Shown piece by piece: positions 1-11,818 of a stretch of 64,000 nucleotides of DNA; position 1 is the stretch's first letter, and each line of letters starts with the position of its first letter. The notes below the pieces were generated by a model, which was not told where the DNA came from, ran no database searches, and was given only the letters and a program-made list of their open reading frames with translations. The stretch covers positions 193,006,001 to 193,070,000 of the forward strand of contig NC_042998.1 of assembly GCF_006345805.1 (NCBI RefSeq). The letters are read 5' to 3'. Both the position numbers and the translations under genes were made by a program. Source of the DNA: Octopus sinensis. Taxonomy: Eukaryota.

Positions 1-773
1 TAAATTAAGCACCAGTCGCGTACTGGGGTCGATGTAATCAACTGGGCCTCGCCACAAAAAAAAATTTTTTTTTAAATTCAGGCCTTGTGCCTTGAGTAGA
101 AAACAATATAAAGATTGTATTAACAATAAATTTTCTGGGTATAAATTGATCTTTGAAAGGTTTAGTAATGTGTTGTGATTTGATGCTTGGAATCGTTGGT
201 AAACTTAGGAAACTCTCATAATTAGTGTTGCCATGAAACTGAAACCATTATTGATTTGTGAACACCTAATAGTTTTGGTGTGTGGTGAGGAAGGGAGTTG
301 TTATTAATGTGCTTGATTCCTCCAATAAAAGTGATTCTACTAACCCTCTATCACCCCATCAATTCATTGTCCATCCCCTCACCTATCCTCTTGCCAGTTC
401 ACTCTGCTTCCCAATCACTACCATCTTTACCTTCTCCCCGCCAAGCCCCATCCATTCTTATATAATGTTGGGACCCATGTATCTCTTTTGTGGAAAGACA
501 CCTACACTTATCCCTCTATCAAACTTTAGCCTTTCAACCTCTGACATAAAAACCATCTTCCCTGCTCCATCTCAAATACTTCCCCCCACTTAACTGAGTT
601 GGCTTTCTCATGCTCTTCTCCTGACTTGTACGTTGCTCGGCAACCTCACTAGCAGTGGAGGTATGGAAAAGATACTCCCAGTACACACTGTAAAGGGGTT
701 GACACCAGGAAGAGTTTCCAGTCATAGGAAACTATGCTGAAGCTGACATTAGAGTTTGATGCAAACTTGCAGC

Positions 774-1005
774 TTGACAGATCCTGTCAAACTATCCAAA
801 CCATGTCAGTATGGTTTGACAGGTCCTGTCAAACCATCCAAACCATGTCAGTATGGTTTGACAGATCCTGTCAAACCATCCAAACCATGTCAGTATGGTT
901 TGACAGGTCCTGTCAAACCATCCAAACCATGTCAGTATGGTTTGACAGATCCTGTCAAACCATCCAAACCATGTCAGTATTGTTTGACAGGTCCTGTCAA
1001 ACCAT
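774..1005. repeat. 42-bp palindrome-containing minisatellite, about 5.5 copies
   Basis: Unit gacag(a/g)tcctgtcaaaccatccaaaccatgtcagtatggttt starting at 776, 818, 860, 902, 944, 986. Confidence 0.95.
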
Positions 1006-1666
1006 CTAAAACCATGCAAGCAAGGTCATTCCAAGAACAGGTAATTCAGAGATGGAATAATTTAACAAATTAGAAGGAATGAAAAAATAAGTTGTAAAGA
1101 AGGGAAGCAAGAGTTAAGTAAGTGTAAATATATTGAATGTAGGGAGAATTAGATGGCTTTCTTGATGTAAGAGATAACTTGGAAATTTGACACTAGATTT
1201 AGCCAGCTGCAATGAAAACAAGGAGTGGAATGTTGTTTTACTTCTTTTTCAAATATTTTAAATATTAGTACAAGGGGAGGGGAGGATGTAATGGAAGAAA
1301 AATATTTTGATTTTCAAAGCTGGATGTTTTGGTAAATTAAGACACGAATGAAGTATCAGTAATGATAAGAATATACGTCTTATGATGATGCAGTTACTAG
1401 CAATGGAAGAAAGGAAGAAAAAGAATGAATTTGGTCAATGGAAATTTTGTGGAATCCTCTGTGTGTGTGTGTCTGTCTGTCTGTCTGCTTAATAATCTTG
1501 TGTTAGTGAGCTTAGATCTTCATAATTTAGCAGTTCTGTGAAAGAGAATTGACATTACAAGTACCAAACTTTAGAATATATATTGGGATCAATTTGATCA
1601 GCAAAACCCAGCATGGCCACAGTCCATTGACTGAAATCAGCAACAAAGATAAGAACAAGTTACTTT

Positions 1667-2020
1667 CCGGGTTCAGTCCCACTGCGTGGTACCTTGGGCG
1701 AGTGTCTTCTACAATAGCCTCGGGCCGACCAAAGCCTTGTGAGTGGATTTGGTAGACGGAAACTGAAAGAAACCTGTCGCATATATATACATATATATAT
1801 GTGTGTGTGCGTGTATGTTTGTGTGTCTGTGTTTGTCCCCCTAGCATTGCTTGACAACCGATGCTGGTGTGTTCATGTCCCCATCACTTAGCGGTTTGGC
1901 AAAAGAGACCAATAGAATAAGTACTGGGCTTACAAAGAATAAGTCCCGGGGTCGAGTTGCTCGATTAAAGGCGGTGCTCCAACATGGCCCCAGTCAAAAT
2001 GACAAACAAGTAAAAAGAAA
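1667..2020 (+). mobile_element. tRNA-derived SINE family A, 5'-truncated copy
   Basis: B-box-like gggttcagtccc, body ...gtgagtggatttggtagacggaaactgaaaga..., internal microsatellite, tail gaaacaagtaaaagag; many copies in the window. Confidence 0.85.
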
Positions 2021-2210
2021 AAAAAGACAAAGAATAGCTAAAGAAATTATTTCTGGGGTTGTTGCTGTACTTTAACTAAAGTTCCATCTTATTATTCCCC
2101 ACTGTCTCTACTTACATTTCAATCAATCTAAATTTCAGAATTTTCTCCTTTGCCTGCTTTTAGTCTTTTCACATCTTTGTGTTTGAATTTAAAAAAATTA
2201 ATTTAAAATT

Positions 2211-2635
2211 CCTGTAGCCAGTGCCACCTTGACTGGCTTCCGTGCCGGTGGCACGTAAAAAGCACCATCCGAATCATGGCCGATGCCAGTGCCGCCTCGA
2301 CTGGCTTCCGTGCCGGTGGCACGTAAAAAGCAGCATCCGAATTGTGGCCGATGCCAGTGCCGCCTCGACTGGCTTCCGTGCCGGTGGCACGTAAAATGCA
2401 CCAATCCGACCGTGGCCGTTGCCAGCCTCGCCTGGCACCTGTGCAGATGGCACGTAAAAAGCACCCACTACACTCACGGAGTAGTTGGCGTTAGGAAGGG
2501 CATCCAGCTGTAGAAGCATTGCCAGATAAGACTGGAGCCTGGTGCAGCCTTCTGGCTTCCCAGATCCCCGGTCGAACCATCCAACCCATGCTAGCATGGA
2601 GAACGGACGTTAAACAATGATGATGATGATGATGA
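2211..2635 (+). mobile_element. SINE/non-autonomous retroposon family D with internal gtgccggtggcacgtaaaaagcacc repeats and (GAT)n tail
   Basis: Three internal units of about 67 bp; ends cccatgctagcatggagaacggacgttaaacaatgatgatg; minus-strand copies at 10396-10700, 10775-11125, 13140-13440. Confidence 0.8.
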
Positions 2636-2991
2636 TAGATGAATTTTCTTTTCTTATAACAAAATTAGTTGGACAAACTTTGAAAAAAACAGCTGGATTC
2701 AAGAGGTGTGAAAAACAGGATGCTGGAGATAAAATATTGAGTTTTCATAAATATTTTGATGTTATTTACACGACTGATCTGCCAGGGAGTTTTTATGTTT
2801 GATCTATCAGCAAACTAGGTGCACACGGGCTAAAATAGGTACATATGGGCTAACAGAATTATCAATTGGAGAAGCTAAACCCTCGAAGATTAGATGATTT
2901 GTTACGTAGGTTGATAAATAAATGAATATTTTCAGTACTTCAAATGGTCAGTCGAACTGATAATATTAGCTTTATATTATCAAAATCATTT

Positions 2992-3240
2992 TAACAGAGA
3001 TGTACTTGCATAGCAAGTGACCTGATCTGAGATCGTGTGCTGGAGCAAAAACAATTGCAGCATAGAAGGTATTTATAAGCCATTTAAGAAACACACAAAA
3101 ACTGTTAGATTCACTTCAACATTTAAAGTTTTGTCAGTGAAAAGTTTGGGGTCTCAAAGCAACGAAAATATTTTGACAAATTAAATTTAAATGTTGAAGT
3201 GAATCTAATGGTTTTTGTGTTTCTTAAATGGATTATAAAC
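2992..3240. mobile_element. Fold-back PLE-like remnant with degenerate hammerhead (3130-3180); same family as 37091-37410
   Basis: Arms tttataagccatttaagaaacacacaaaaactgttagattcacttcaacatttaaa and its reverse complement at about 3186-3240; 5' part matches 37091 onward. Confidence 0.7.
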
Positions 3241-3273
3241 AAAATCATTTTTGTATTCACTTTTCCATGCTGG

Positions 3274-3613
3274 ACTGGACCTTTTTAAGACAATGTCTTA
3301 TGACTGGATGACTGGACCTTTTTAAGGCAATGTCTTGTGGCTGGATGACTGGACCTTTTTAAGGCAATGTCTTATGGCTGGATGACTGGACCTTTTTTAA
3401 GGCAATGTCTTATGGCTGGATGACTGGACCTTTTTTAAGGCAATGTCTTATGGCTGGATGACTGAACCTTTTTTAAGGCAATGTCTTATGGCTGGATGAC
3501 TGGACCTTTTTTAAGGCAATGTCTTATGGCTGGATGACTGAACCTTTTTTAAGGCAATGTCTTATGGCTGGATGACTGGACCTTTTTTAAGGCAATGTCT
3601 TATGGCTGGATGA
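3274..3613. repeat. 37-38-bp minisatellite, 9 copies
   Basis: Unit actg(g/a)accttttt(t)aaggcaatgtcttatggctggatg starting at 3274, 3311, 3348, 3385, 3423, 3461, 3499, 3537, 3575. Confidence 0.95.
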
Positions 3614-3706
3614 CCTCAGGACACACATATTTAAACATCATTAGTTCTATATTGTATTTTTAGTAGATTTTGAAATAATTCATACTTGATAGTAAGTCAT
3701 TTTTAA

Positions 3707-3926
3707 CCTTTTAGCATTCAGATCATTCTGTTAAATGTAATGCTTATTTAAGCACATTCCTTTGAACTAATCATGCTTTATCTTGTAGCTTCAAGATGTC
3801 AATGATGCGAGTCTTTCTTTTAACAATGACATTGTAGTATAGGTGTTAGATGCTGGATGTAACCAGTTTGAACACAAAACAGCAAGAATACTTGGGCCAG
3901 ATTTGGCCAGCTTCAATACTAAAGGG
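3707..3926. mobile_element. piggyBac-like MITE
   Basis: TTAA|ccttttagcatt ... aatactaaaggg|TTAA: short imperfect TIRs with TTAA on both sides. Confidence 0.7.
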
Positions 3927-4090
3927 TTAATATTTGAACATGGAAAATTTTGTAAAGCATAATATATTATTTTTATTCCCAGTTTTTCTTGAGACAGTAT
4001 TATAAATGGCACAATGCATGCTGTTTCACCAATGAAAATGTTTCTTATTTAATGTATTAAAAACGGAAATTGTTTGATTCGAAGGTTTCA

Positions 4091-4117
4091 TATTGTTTTT
4101 CTTTTCTCTTTTGCAGG
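4091..4117 (+). promoter_or_regulatory. Splice acceptor of a 5'-UTR intron directly before the innexin start codon
   Basis: tattgtttttcttttctcttttgcAG|gATG: strong polypyrimidine tract, AG at 4115-4116, ATG at 4118. Confidence 0.85.
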
Positions 4118-5323
4118 ATGGACAGCATTATCGGATCAGTTGGTCGGTTAGGCAAAGTAAAAGTACGAAATGATGATGACTTGATTGACCGAATGAATCA
4201 CCTGTATACTACGGGAATTTTAATAATATTTACAGTAGTGGTCAGTGCAAGACAGTATGTTGGTGATCCAATCCGATGTTGGTGCCCAGCCCAGTTTACA
4301 TCAGCGCATGTTGAGTATACCAATAATGTGTGCTGGATTTCAAACACTTATTATGTTGATATGCAGGATCAGATTCCGGTGGCACACAATAAACGCAAAG
4401 AAAAGGAACTAGGCTACTACCAGTGGGTCCCAGTTGTCTTATTACTGCAGGCTCTTTTATTTTATCTTCCATGCATTATATGGCGCCTGTTAAACGGACA
4501 ATCTGGGATCAACGTAGATCGCATTGTGAGTGTTGCCAGTGATGCTCAATACGAAAGTCCAGAAAACCGAACCCGTAACATAAAATATGTTGTAAGACAT
4601 ATGGACAGATGCCTGGACAACCAAAGAGAAACGCGACATTCGTGTTGTGTTAGACTGCGGCACATTCTTTCAGCAAACCTTTCTTTATTATGTGGTCGTC
4701 GTTATGGCAACTATCTTGTGGCTGTGTATTTTTTAGTAAAGATATTCTACATTGCTAATGTAATTGGCCAACTCTTCCTGTTAGACTCATTCCTTGGGTC
4801 AGGCTACCGTATTTACGGTTGGCAAGTTCTTGAGGACCTAGTTGAGGGAAACGACTGGACGGCCTCCCGTCGTTTCCCACGTGTAACATTATGTGACTTT
4901 GAGATTCGTCAGCTTCCAAATTTGAATCGCTATACCGTCCAATGCGTGCTTCCAATAAACCTTTTCAATGAGAAAATATATATATTCCTCTGGTTCTGGC
5001 TAGTCTTTGTATCCATGCTTTCTTGCTACAGTTTTGCTACATGGATTTTTCACATGATTTTTCCAACCACTCGTATACAATATGTACGGAAATTTCTCAA
5101 AATCATGGATCGAATAGGCTCAACACCAGATAAAAAGTTAGCTAATCGCTTCACGGTTGAGTACTTACGGCATGATGGTGTGTTTACATTACGGTTAATA
5201 GGTAAAAATTCTAGTGACATTGTTGTTGCTGAAATTGTTTCTGGACTCTGGGATATGTACCGAAGTAAAAAATCAATACAAATACGAAGCAATGGACATG
5301 ATACAGAAGGTGAAGATGTATAG
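4118..5323 (+). CDS. inx: Innexin (invertebrate gap-junction protein, unc-9/unc-7-like), 401 aa, single coding exon
   Basis: Uninterrupted ORF with innexin hallmarks: N-terminal DDxxDRxN, QYVGDPIRCWCP and NVCWI (EL1 cysteines), YYQWVP before TM2, FPRVTLCDF and QCVLPINLFNEKIYIFLWFW (EL2/TM4), four hydrophobic segments. The true start is ATG 4118; the track's 4070 start runs through a polypyrimidine tract. Confidence 0.97.
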   Translation: MDSIIGSVGRLGKVKVRNDDDLIDRMNHLYTTGILIIFTVVVSARQYVGDPIRCWCPAQFTSAHVEYTNNVCWISNTYYVDMQDQIPVAHNKRKEKELGYYQWVPVVLLLQALLFYLPCIIWRLLNGQSGINVDRIVSVASDAQYESPENRTRNIKYVVRHMDRCLDNQRETRHSCCVRLRHILSANLSLLCGRRYGNYLVAVYFLVKIFYIANVIGQLFLLDSFLGSGYRIYGWQVLEDLVEGNDWTASRRFPRVTLCDFEIRQLPNLNRYTVQCVLPINLFNEKIYIFLWFWLVFVSMLSCYSFATWIFHMIFPTTRIQYVRKFLKIMDRIGSTPDKKLANRFTVEYLRHDGVFTLRLIGKNSSDIVVAEIVSGLWDMYRSKKSIQIRSNGHDTEGEDV

Positions 5324-7625
5324 CAGTACTTCATAGATTAGATAAAATATCATAGGAATATATATTATACATAGGCTCATTTTTCCACTTTGAAATATAT
5401 TTGTATAATATTACATTTTTCTGTATGCAAGTGTGCGTGTGTGTAAATATTTGAAAGAATATGCATCCATAACTATCTGGAGAAGAAACCATTTACAGAA
5501 AGCATTGTGATTATAAAATGTTGACTTGAAATGAAATCAAAATGAACCTGGGAAATGAGAGAGAAAAGAATAAAAGAAAAAAAAATTGCCAAAATTTTAT
5601 GCAGTTGGAAAAAAAAAAAAAAAATCCAACATTGCCTTTAAACATTCTTCCATTGTTAATGAATTTCAAACTCTCAGGTCAGTGTGCCTCAAGGTATATT
5701 TAGTAACTGTTGTCTTTTCACATTATCATCTAAAATGATGGCTGAAACCAAGTCTGTTGGGTTAAAGGCAGTTAGAAATATTTCACATACATTCTAAAGA
5801 CATCAAATAAGGGAAAGAAAAAAAATCTCAAAATTTCAAAATAACAAAACAGAAGTAAATAAAAATTAAAAAAAAAAAACATATTAAGATAAGTCTAATT
5901 TTTTCCTCATGGGTATTTATATTCTATGAATACAAATACACAGTGTGTGTATATATGTGTGTATGCATGTGTATTTATATGTTTGTAAAAGAAAATTGGT
6001 ATACTAATTGCAATTGAAAAAAAATATTACTTTTTATTGGTTATATTTTGTGAATGTTTTCTAAGATGGTTAATTGATTAGTTGACTGATTGGCTTGACA
6101 ATAGGTTGTGTAGCTGTAATCTAAGCATTCCTTGACATCCAGGATCTCTCTTTGACTCATAAGTTGCTCTGAAATATATAAATCTCTACTTAGAATCATA
6201 GAAGAGAAACAGTGCCACAGTGTAAGCAGTATGGGTAACAGTTGCCAAAATTTAAAGTAGTTGGGGGAAAAGAAATTATTGACATTATGATAAAAAAAAC
6301 AATCTTTACAAAAAAAAAAAATTTTAAAGCATCTATGAAAGCAAAAAGAAACCCTTCAGAATCATTTTAATGTAATTTTGTTACAAATAGACATTATTTG
6401 TAATTAATTATTAATTAACTTTTGTTACATAATCAAACTGAGAATAAGTAGGTAAAGTAGAGAAATTGTTATTTTGATATAATTTGGCATCAGACAGCAA
6501 AGTAGGTATAAAGAACAGTGTGAAGTCAAAGCAATGTGATTTCTTTCATGTGGTGAACATTTAACAGAATGAAAATTTTATCTGAAGGGGTTACCACCTT
6601 CTTGAGAAATCCTTTCTGTCAATGCAGCACAATTCAACCACGACTGCAGAGAACCAGTCAGTTTACCGACAGATAGGCATATTCAAACTCAAAGAATGTC
6701 TATGATTTCTGTTAATCAAATTGGGAATTGTTAAGGGTCATCTAAAGAAGGGTTATAACCTGAAAAAAAATATTCATATTTGCATTGGAATCAGCCAACA
6801 TCTCCCAACATTAATTGTTCATCACATCAAAAAGACTAGCATTGCTTTCTCTAGCTTCGCTTCCTTCTTTATACACAAAACTATTTCGTTTTCACCCCCT
6901 GACATCTTTATAAATTGATACACTTAAAAATTAGATTCCTTTTTCTTTTGAAGTTTTACGAATTCCTAAACGAATTTTGTTGTATGGAATGACTAGATGA
7001 TTTTTCTGTTTTTTTGGGTTTTTTTTATCTACAAAAATGTTTTAACTACTTTTGTATTCTTTTCAATGTAAATCAACTTCTATATTTTTTGACTGTACCC
7101 TTACAAATCTAGCTAGACCTATTTTCTCAAACAGATATTCATGACTTAACCATAGCAGCTTCAATTATTTTCTGTCTCTCTCTCAGACAAATAAAACTGA
7201 AGTCAGCCTTAACCCAATCCTATAAAACATTAAAAGACTTGTGGTGCTCAAATACTACTCAATGTTTGTGGAGGACATCTGTATACGCATGAGTGAGTGT
7301 ATCAATGCAAGACATGAATGAATGAAAGTGTGCTTCTACAGGCCTGGTTCTTACACAGTCATTCAATTTTGTATATGATGATACTATTAACAAATTTAAG
7401 CCTTCAGTTGGTATACAACTGTAACTTTCATGGTTGTGGTATTTTTATCTATAAGGAGAGGCAACCTAACTGTTTTACAAAGAATGAAAGATTTTACGAT
7501 GTTTGTCCATTTTTCATGTATATTTGTGATTCCTTTTTTTGTTCCTTTTTATTTATTATTTTTGTTTGTTTTTTTTTTGTTTTTTCCATATGTATTATAG
7601 AAAAACATAAATCTGTCATTTCATC
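5324..7625 (+). other. Putative long 3' UTR of the innexin
   Basis: About 2.3 kb of AT-rich unique sequence without the SINEs/MITEs that fill the rest of the window; AATAAA hexamers near 5569, 5858 and 7190. The 3' end is not defined. Confidence 0.45.
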
Positions 7626-8120
7626 TATGTCTGCATGTGTGTGCAGTGATATTTCAGAACCAAATTATTTAATACATACTATGATATTTATATGATGTAA
7701 TAATTTATATATAACAAGAATGGGAGAAAAAAAGCTGTGTAAAGCAAGCATTTCAGATACTCGTGGGCTGTGCAAATGATTGGCATTTGTGACCTTGTAC
7801 ATATACATGCTGAGATAAATATAAAACTACACATACATACACACACACACATATATATATATAGAGAGAGAAAGGTGAATGTGTTTGTGGGTTTGTATGT
7901 GTTTGTAAAGGAACAAGGATATCTGTTCTATGTGATATTGCTGCCACTGTGGGATGCAGGCTGATACAAGTACATACACGTGTGTGTGTGTGTGTGTGTC
8001 TGAATTAATAATAATCTATTCTATATATTTCCACTATAAGAAAGAATCCTATATTTGAACATGAAATACAATATGAACACATAGACACAGTATATCTATC
8101 TATCTAGCTATCTTTATATA

Positions 8121-8580
8121 TATATATATATTATTCAAAGGAATTCCAACTCTGTTTTTTATATTATATTTATATTCTTAGTAATATTAATATAGAATAT
8201 ATAGTATAAATAATATAAATATAATAAAATGAAATGAAGTATTGATTGTCTTATTGAATAGATGAAATACTGAATATCAAATATTAAGGGACTAGTATAC
8301 TTTCTTGCATTTAAGCAGTCTTTAAGGTCCCAGGTTGTGACAGGAATATTTCAACTAACTGTAACAACCTGGGACCTTGAAGACTGCCTAAATGCAAGAA
8401 AGTATGCTAGTCCCTTAATATTTGATATTCAATAAGACAATCAATACTTCATTTCATTTTACTATATATACTATTTATAGCGGACGTTAAACGATGATGA
8501 TGATGATTCTATATTCAACATTAATATTATAAAGAATATAAAAAACAGACAGAGTTGGAATTCTTTTGAATAATATATAT
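8121..8580. mobile_element. Long fold-back PLE-like remnant with mirrored hammerhead-like motifs
   Basis: Arms about 8121-8343 and 8359-8580 are reverse complements (ttattcaaaggaattccaactctg ... cagagttggaattcttttgaataa); flanked by (TA)n. Confidence 0.75.
8371..8414 (+). ncRNA. Degenerate minimal type-I hammerhead-like motif
   Basis: GGGAC-CUUGAAGA-CUGC..GCAA-GAAA-GUAUGC-U-A-GUCCC: helix I GGGAC/GUCCC; the mirror copy has perfect palindromic stem III AGUAUACU; core has one extra nucleotide. Confidence 0.5.
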
Positions 8581-8621
8581 CCCTCTATACACTATCATAC
8601 AAACCCCTTTTTATTAATATG

Positions 8622-8672
<51 letters not shown>

Positions 8673-9197
8673 GTGTGTGTGTGAGAGTGAGAGTGAGAGA
8701 CTGCATGTTGAAAAAAATTTTTTTAATTGTACATGCATGTTTCTTTATATGTTTATACCAATGGCCTAGTATTTGCAAGATATAATAAAATCTCATGACT
8801 AAGAGACTGGTCTTTTGTTGCATGTTGCTAGTTTATTGAATAATGCTGCCTATTTCTTCTTTTTTTCCAGTGCAAATATCTCTTATGGACCACACAGCAA
8901 AAAAAAAAAAAAAAGAAAAAAAAGATACATGTAAATTCTTTAGTTGATCTCATTTATACACAATTTAAATCAAATGTAAATATATATGAGAGGAATTATG
9001 CTACCTATGTCGAAATTATCTTCATTTACAATTTACACGTATTAGATCTCTGCATTGGTGCTATTTCTTTAGTAAGTGATAATAAATATACTTGTACAAT
9101 ATATCAATCAAAGTTCATGGTATACACTACAGAACTGACACACGTCACACACATATACATACACACATATGTACATATATATGTATACATGTACATA

Positions 9198-9248
<51 letters not shown>

Positions 9249-10363
9249 TATATATAGGTGTGTGTGTGTATGTGTATATATATGTATATATCTGTCTATA
9301 TATGTATATATATGTGTATATATCTGTCTATATATGTATATATATGTGTATATATATCTTTGTATATATGATATATATATATATGTATACATATATATAT
9401 GTATACATATATATATGTATACATATATATATGTATACATATATGTATACATATATATATCTATATATATATATGCGTGTGTGTGTGTGTATGTATACAT
9501 ATATATATGTGTATGTATACATATCTATATATGTGTATGTATATCTCCGAACACTGCTTGGTCGAATTAATTAATAATTAATTCTATCCTTTTTTATTGA
9601 CAATATCTATATATATATATATTATATATATATATATGTGTGTGTGTGTGTATGTGTATGTATACATATCTATATCTGTATGTATGTATACATATATATA
9701 TGTATGTATGCATGTATACATATATATATGTATGTATGCATGTATACATATATATGCATGCATGTGTGTGTATATATATATATATATATATGCATGCATG
9801 TGTGTGTATATATATATATATATGCATACATATGTATGTATATGTACATATATATTTCGTTTTGTTGTGTCTTGGGAGAGTCATTATTCCACGGTAGCAT
9901 GAAATATGTATATCTGTGGTTAAGGAACTCACTTTGCATCCATGCTTTCAAGTTCTGTCTCACTACATAGCATCTTAGGGAATCGTTCACTATTATATTC
10001 TCAGGCTGTGCAATACCTTGTGAGTGAATTTGGTAGATGGTTACACTATAGAAATCCTTGTGTGTGTGTGTGTGTGTGCGTGTGTATCATCCTCATCATC
10101 ATCACTTAACATCCATTTCCCATTCTGGCATGGATTGGATGCTGATGCTTAGATATATGAGAGTGTTCCTGTGTTTGTGCCCACCATTGCTTGACTACCA
10201 GTGTTGGTATGTTTATGTCCCCATAACATGGAGTCTTGACAACAAAGACTAATACAGGAAGTACCAGATTTCAAAAAATGAGAATCACTGGAGTTTGGTT
10301 TATTTGACTAATGTACATGGGGCTCTAAACATAACAGTCACAAATTTACATCTATTTATACAC

Positions 10364-10395
<32 letters not shown>

Positions 10396-10398
<3 letters not shown>

Positions 10399-11125
10399 TC
10401 ATCATCATCATCTGGATGCCCTTCCTAATGTCAACCACTCCGTGAGTGTAGTGGGTGCTTTTTACGTGCCACCGGCACAGGGGCCAGGGGAGGCTGGCAG
10501 TGGCCACAATGGGTTGGTGCTTTTTATGTGCCACCGGCACAGGTATGACAACTACAATTTCCATTTGATATTTATTTTGATGTTGATGTACTTGACTCAA
10601 TAGGTCTCCTCAAGCACAGCAGGTCACGTGCCACCGGCACAGAAGCCAGTCAAGGCGGCACTGGCATAGGCCACGCCACCTCGACTGGCTTCTGTGCCGG
10701 TAATCTCTATCAAAGAACTGGAATCATGAGAGACTATATGTTGATACATCTTGAAGATTAGGACTTTACATCACATCATCATCATCATCGTTTAACATCC
10801 ACTTTCCATGCTAGCATGGGTTGGACGATTTGACTGAGGGCTGGCGAACCAGATGGCTGCACCAGGCTTCAATCTTGATCTGGTAGAGTTTCTACAGCTG
10901 GATGCCCTTCCTAACGCCAACCACTCCGAGAGTGTAGTGGGTGCTTTTATGTGCCACTGGCATGGGGCCAGTCAGGCGGTACTGGCAACGACCTCGCTCG
11001 AATTTTTTTACACATGCCACCAGCACAGGTGCCAGTAAGGCGATGTTGGTAACAATCATGCTCAAATGGTGCCCTTTTACATGCCACTGGCACGAAGGCC
11101 AGGTAGCCACTCTGGCAACGATCAC
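10396..11125 (-). mobile_element. Two adjacent family-D retroposon copies (10396-10700, 10775-11125)
   Basis: (CAT)n then ggatgcccttcctaacgccaaccactccg... = reverse complement of 2211-2635. Confidence 0.75.
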
Positions 11126-11818
11126 GCTTGCAAAAATAGATCAGTTGCGGAATGTTCATAATTGTTTTGATATATGCTGGTATTCTCCAGCATAGTTATA
11201 AGAGGTTAAGGCAGGTCATCATAAGTAGACTTCAAAGCTGGATGAAAAGAAGGAGGATGATATGCAGGTAGTCCCTTACAGCTCTTTCAAGAATAGATGC
11301 ACAGTTGGTGCAATTCTCTACAAGCAGTCTGCAGCTAGCATGTTAATGGTGACCTATTCCATCTTCCTTTTTCTTGTCCAGTTTTAGATTCTACTTATGA
11401 TGACCTTCTTCAAAGTACTAACTATTTAGAATCAATAATAGGGACTTACCTCTTGTACCACAACCATTAGGAGCATTCCTCAACTGAATGTTTTTTCGTC
11501 TTGTGATTTTAACTGCTGTAACATCTATTTCTACCCTCAAGTTGTATCCATGTATAAATATAAAATTATTTAACAATTAAGGATAACTTCTTAATAAGGA
11601 ATCTTAACAAGAAATTATCAGGTAGATAGCGTGAAAAACCTCATAAGAGAAAAATTTCGAAAATAATTCTTTCTTATTGAACATATTAATTTATATATAG
11701 AGGGCATTATTATACATACATGCCACACGCTAAGAGGGACATTAGTCATTTCTACCAAAAATTTTACTAATTCTACCCAATGCAATTTTTCAAAGCAAGA
11801 CATTTAAAAAATGAATTT

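Noticed and set aside
774-1005. CRISPR-like array of palindromic repeats
   Set aside because: The intervening sequences are identical rather than unique spacers, there are no cas genes, and the context is eukaryotic.
734-1073. Repetitive ORFs (DRSCQTIQTMSVWF)n and (TDPVKPSKPCQYGL)n
   Set aside because: By-products of a 42-bp unit that lacks stops in several frames; no splice or homology support.
4070-4117. N-terminal extension MFDSKVSYCFSFLFCR of the innexin ORF
   Set aside because: Starts at TTG and spans the polypyrimidine tract and acceptor; it is intronic.
9092-9990. Long Y/I/C/V/H/T-rich ORFs here and at 12377-13023, 18156-19154, 26903-27820, 30612-32350, 46486-46991
   Set aside because: Translations of (TA)n/(CA)n/(TACA)n microsatellites.
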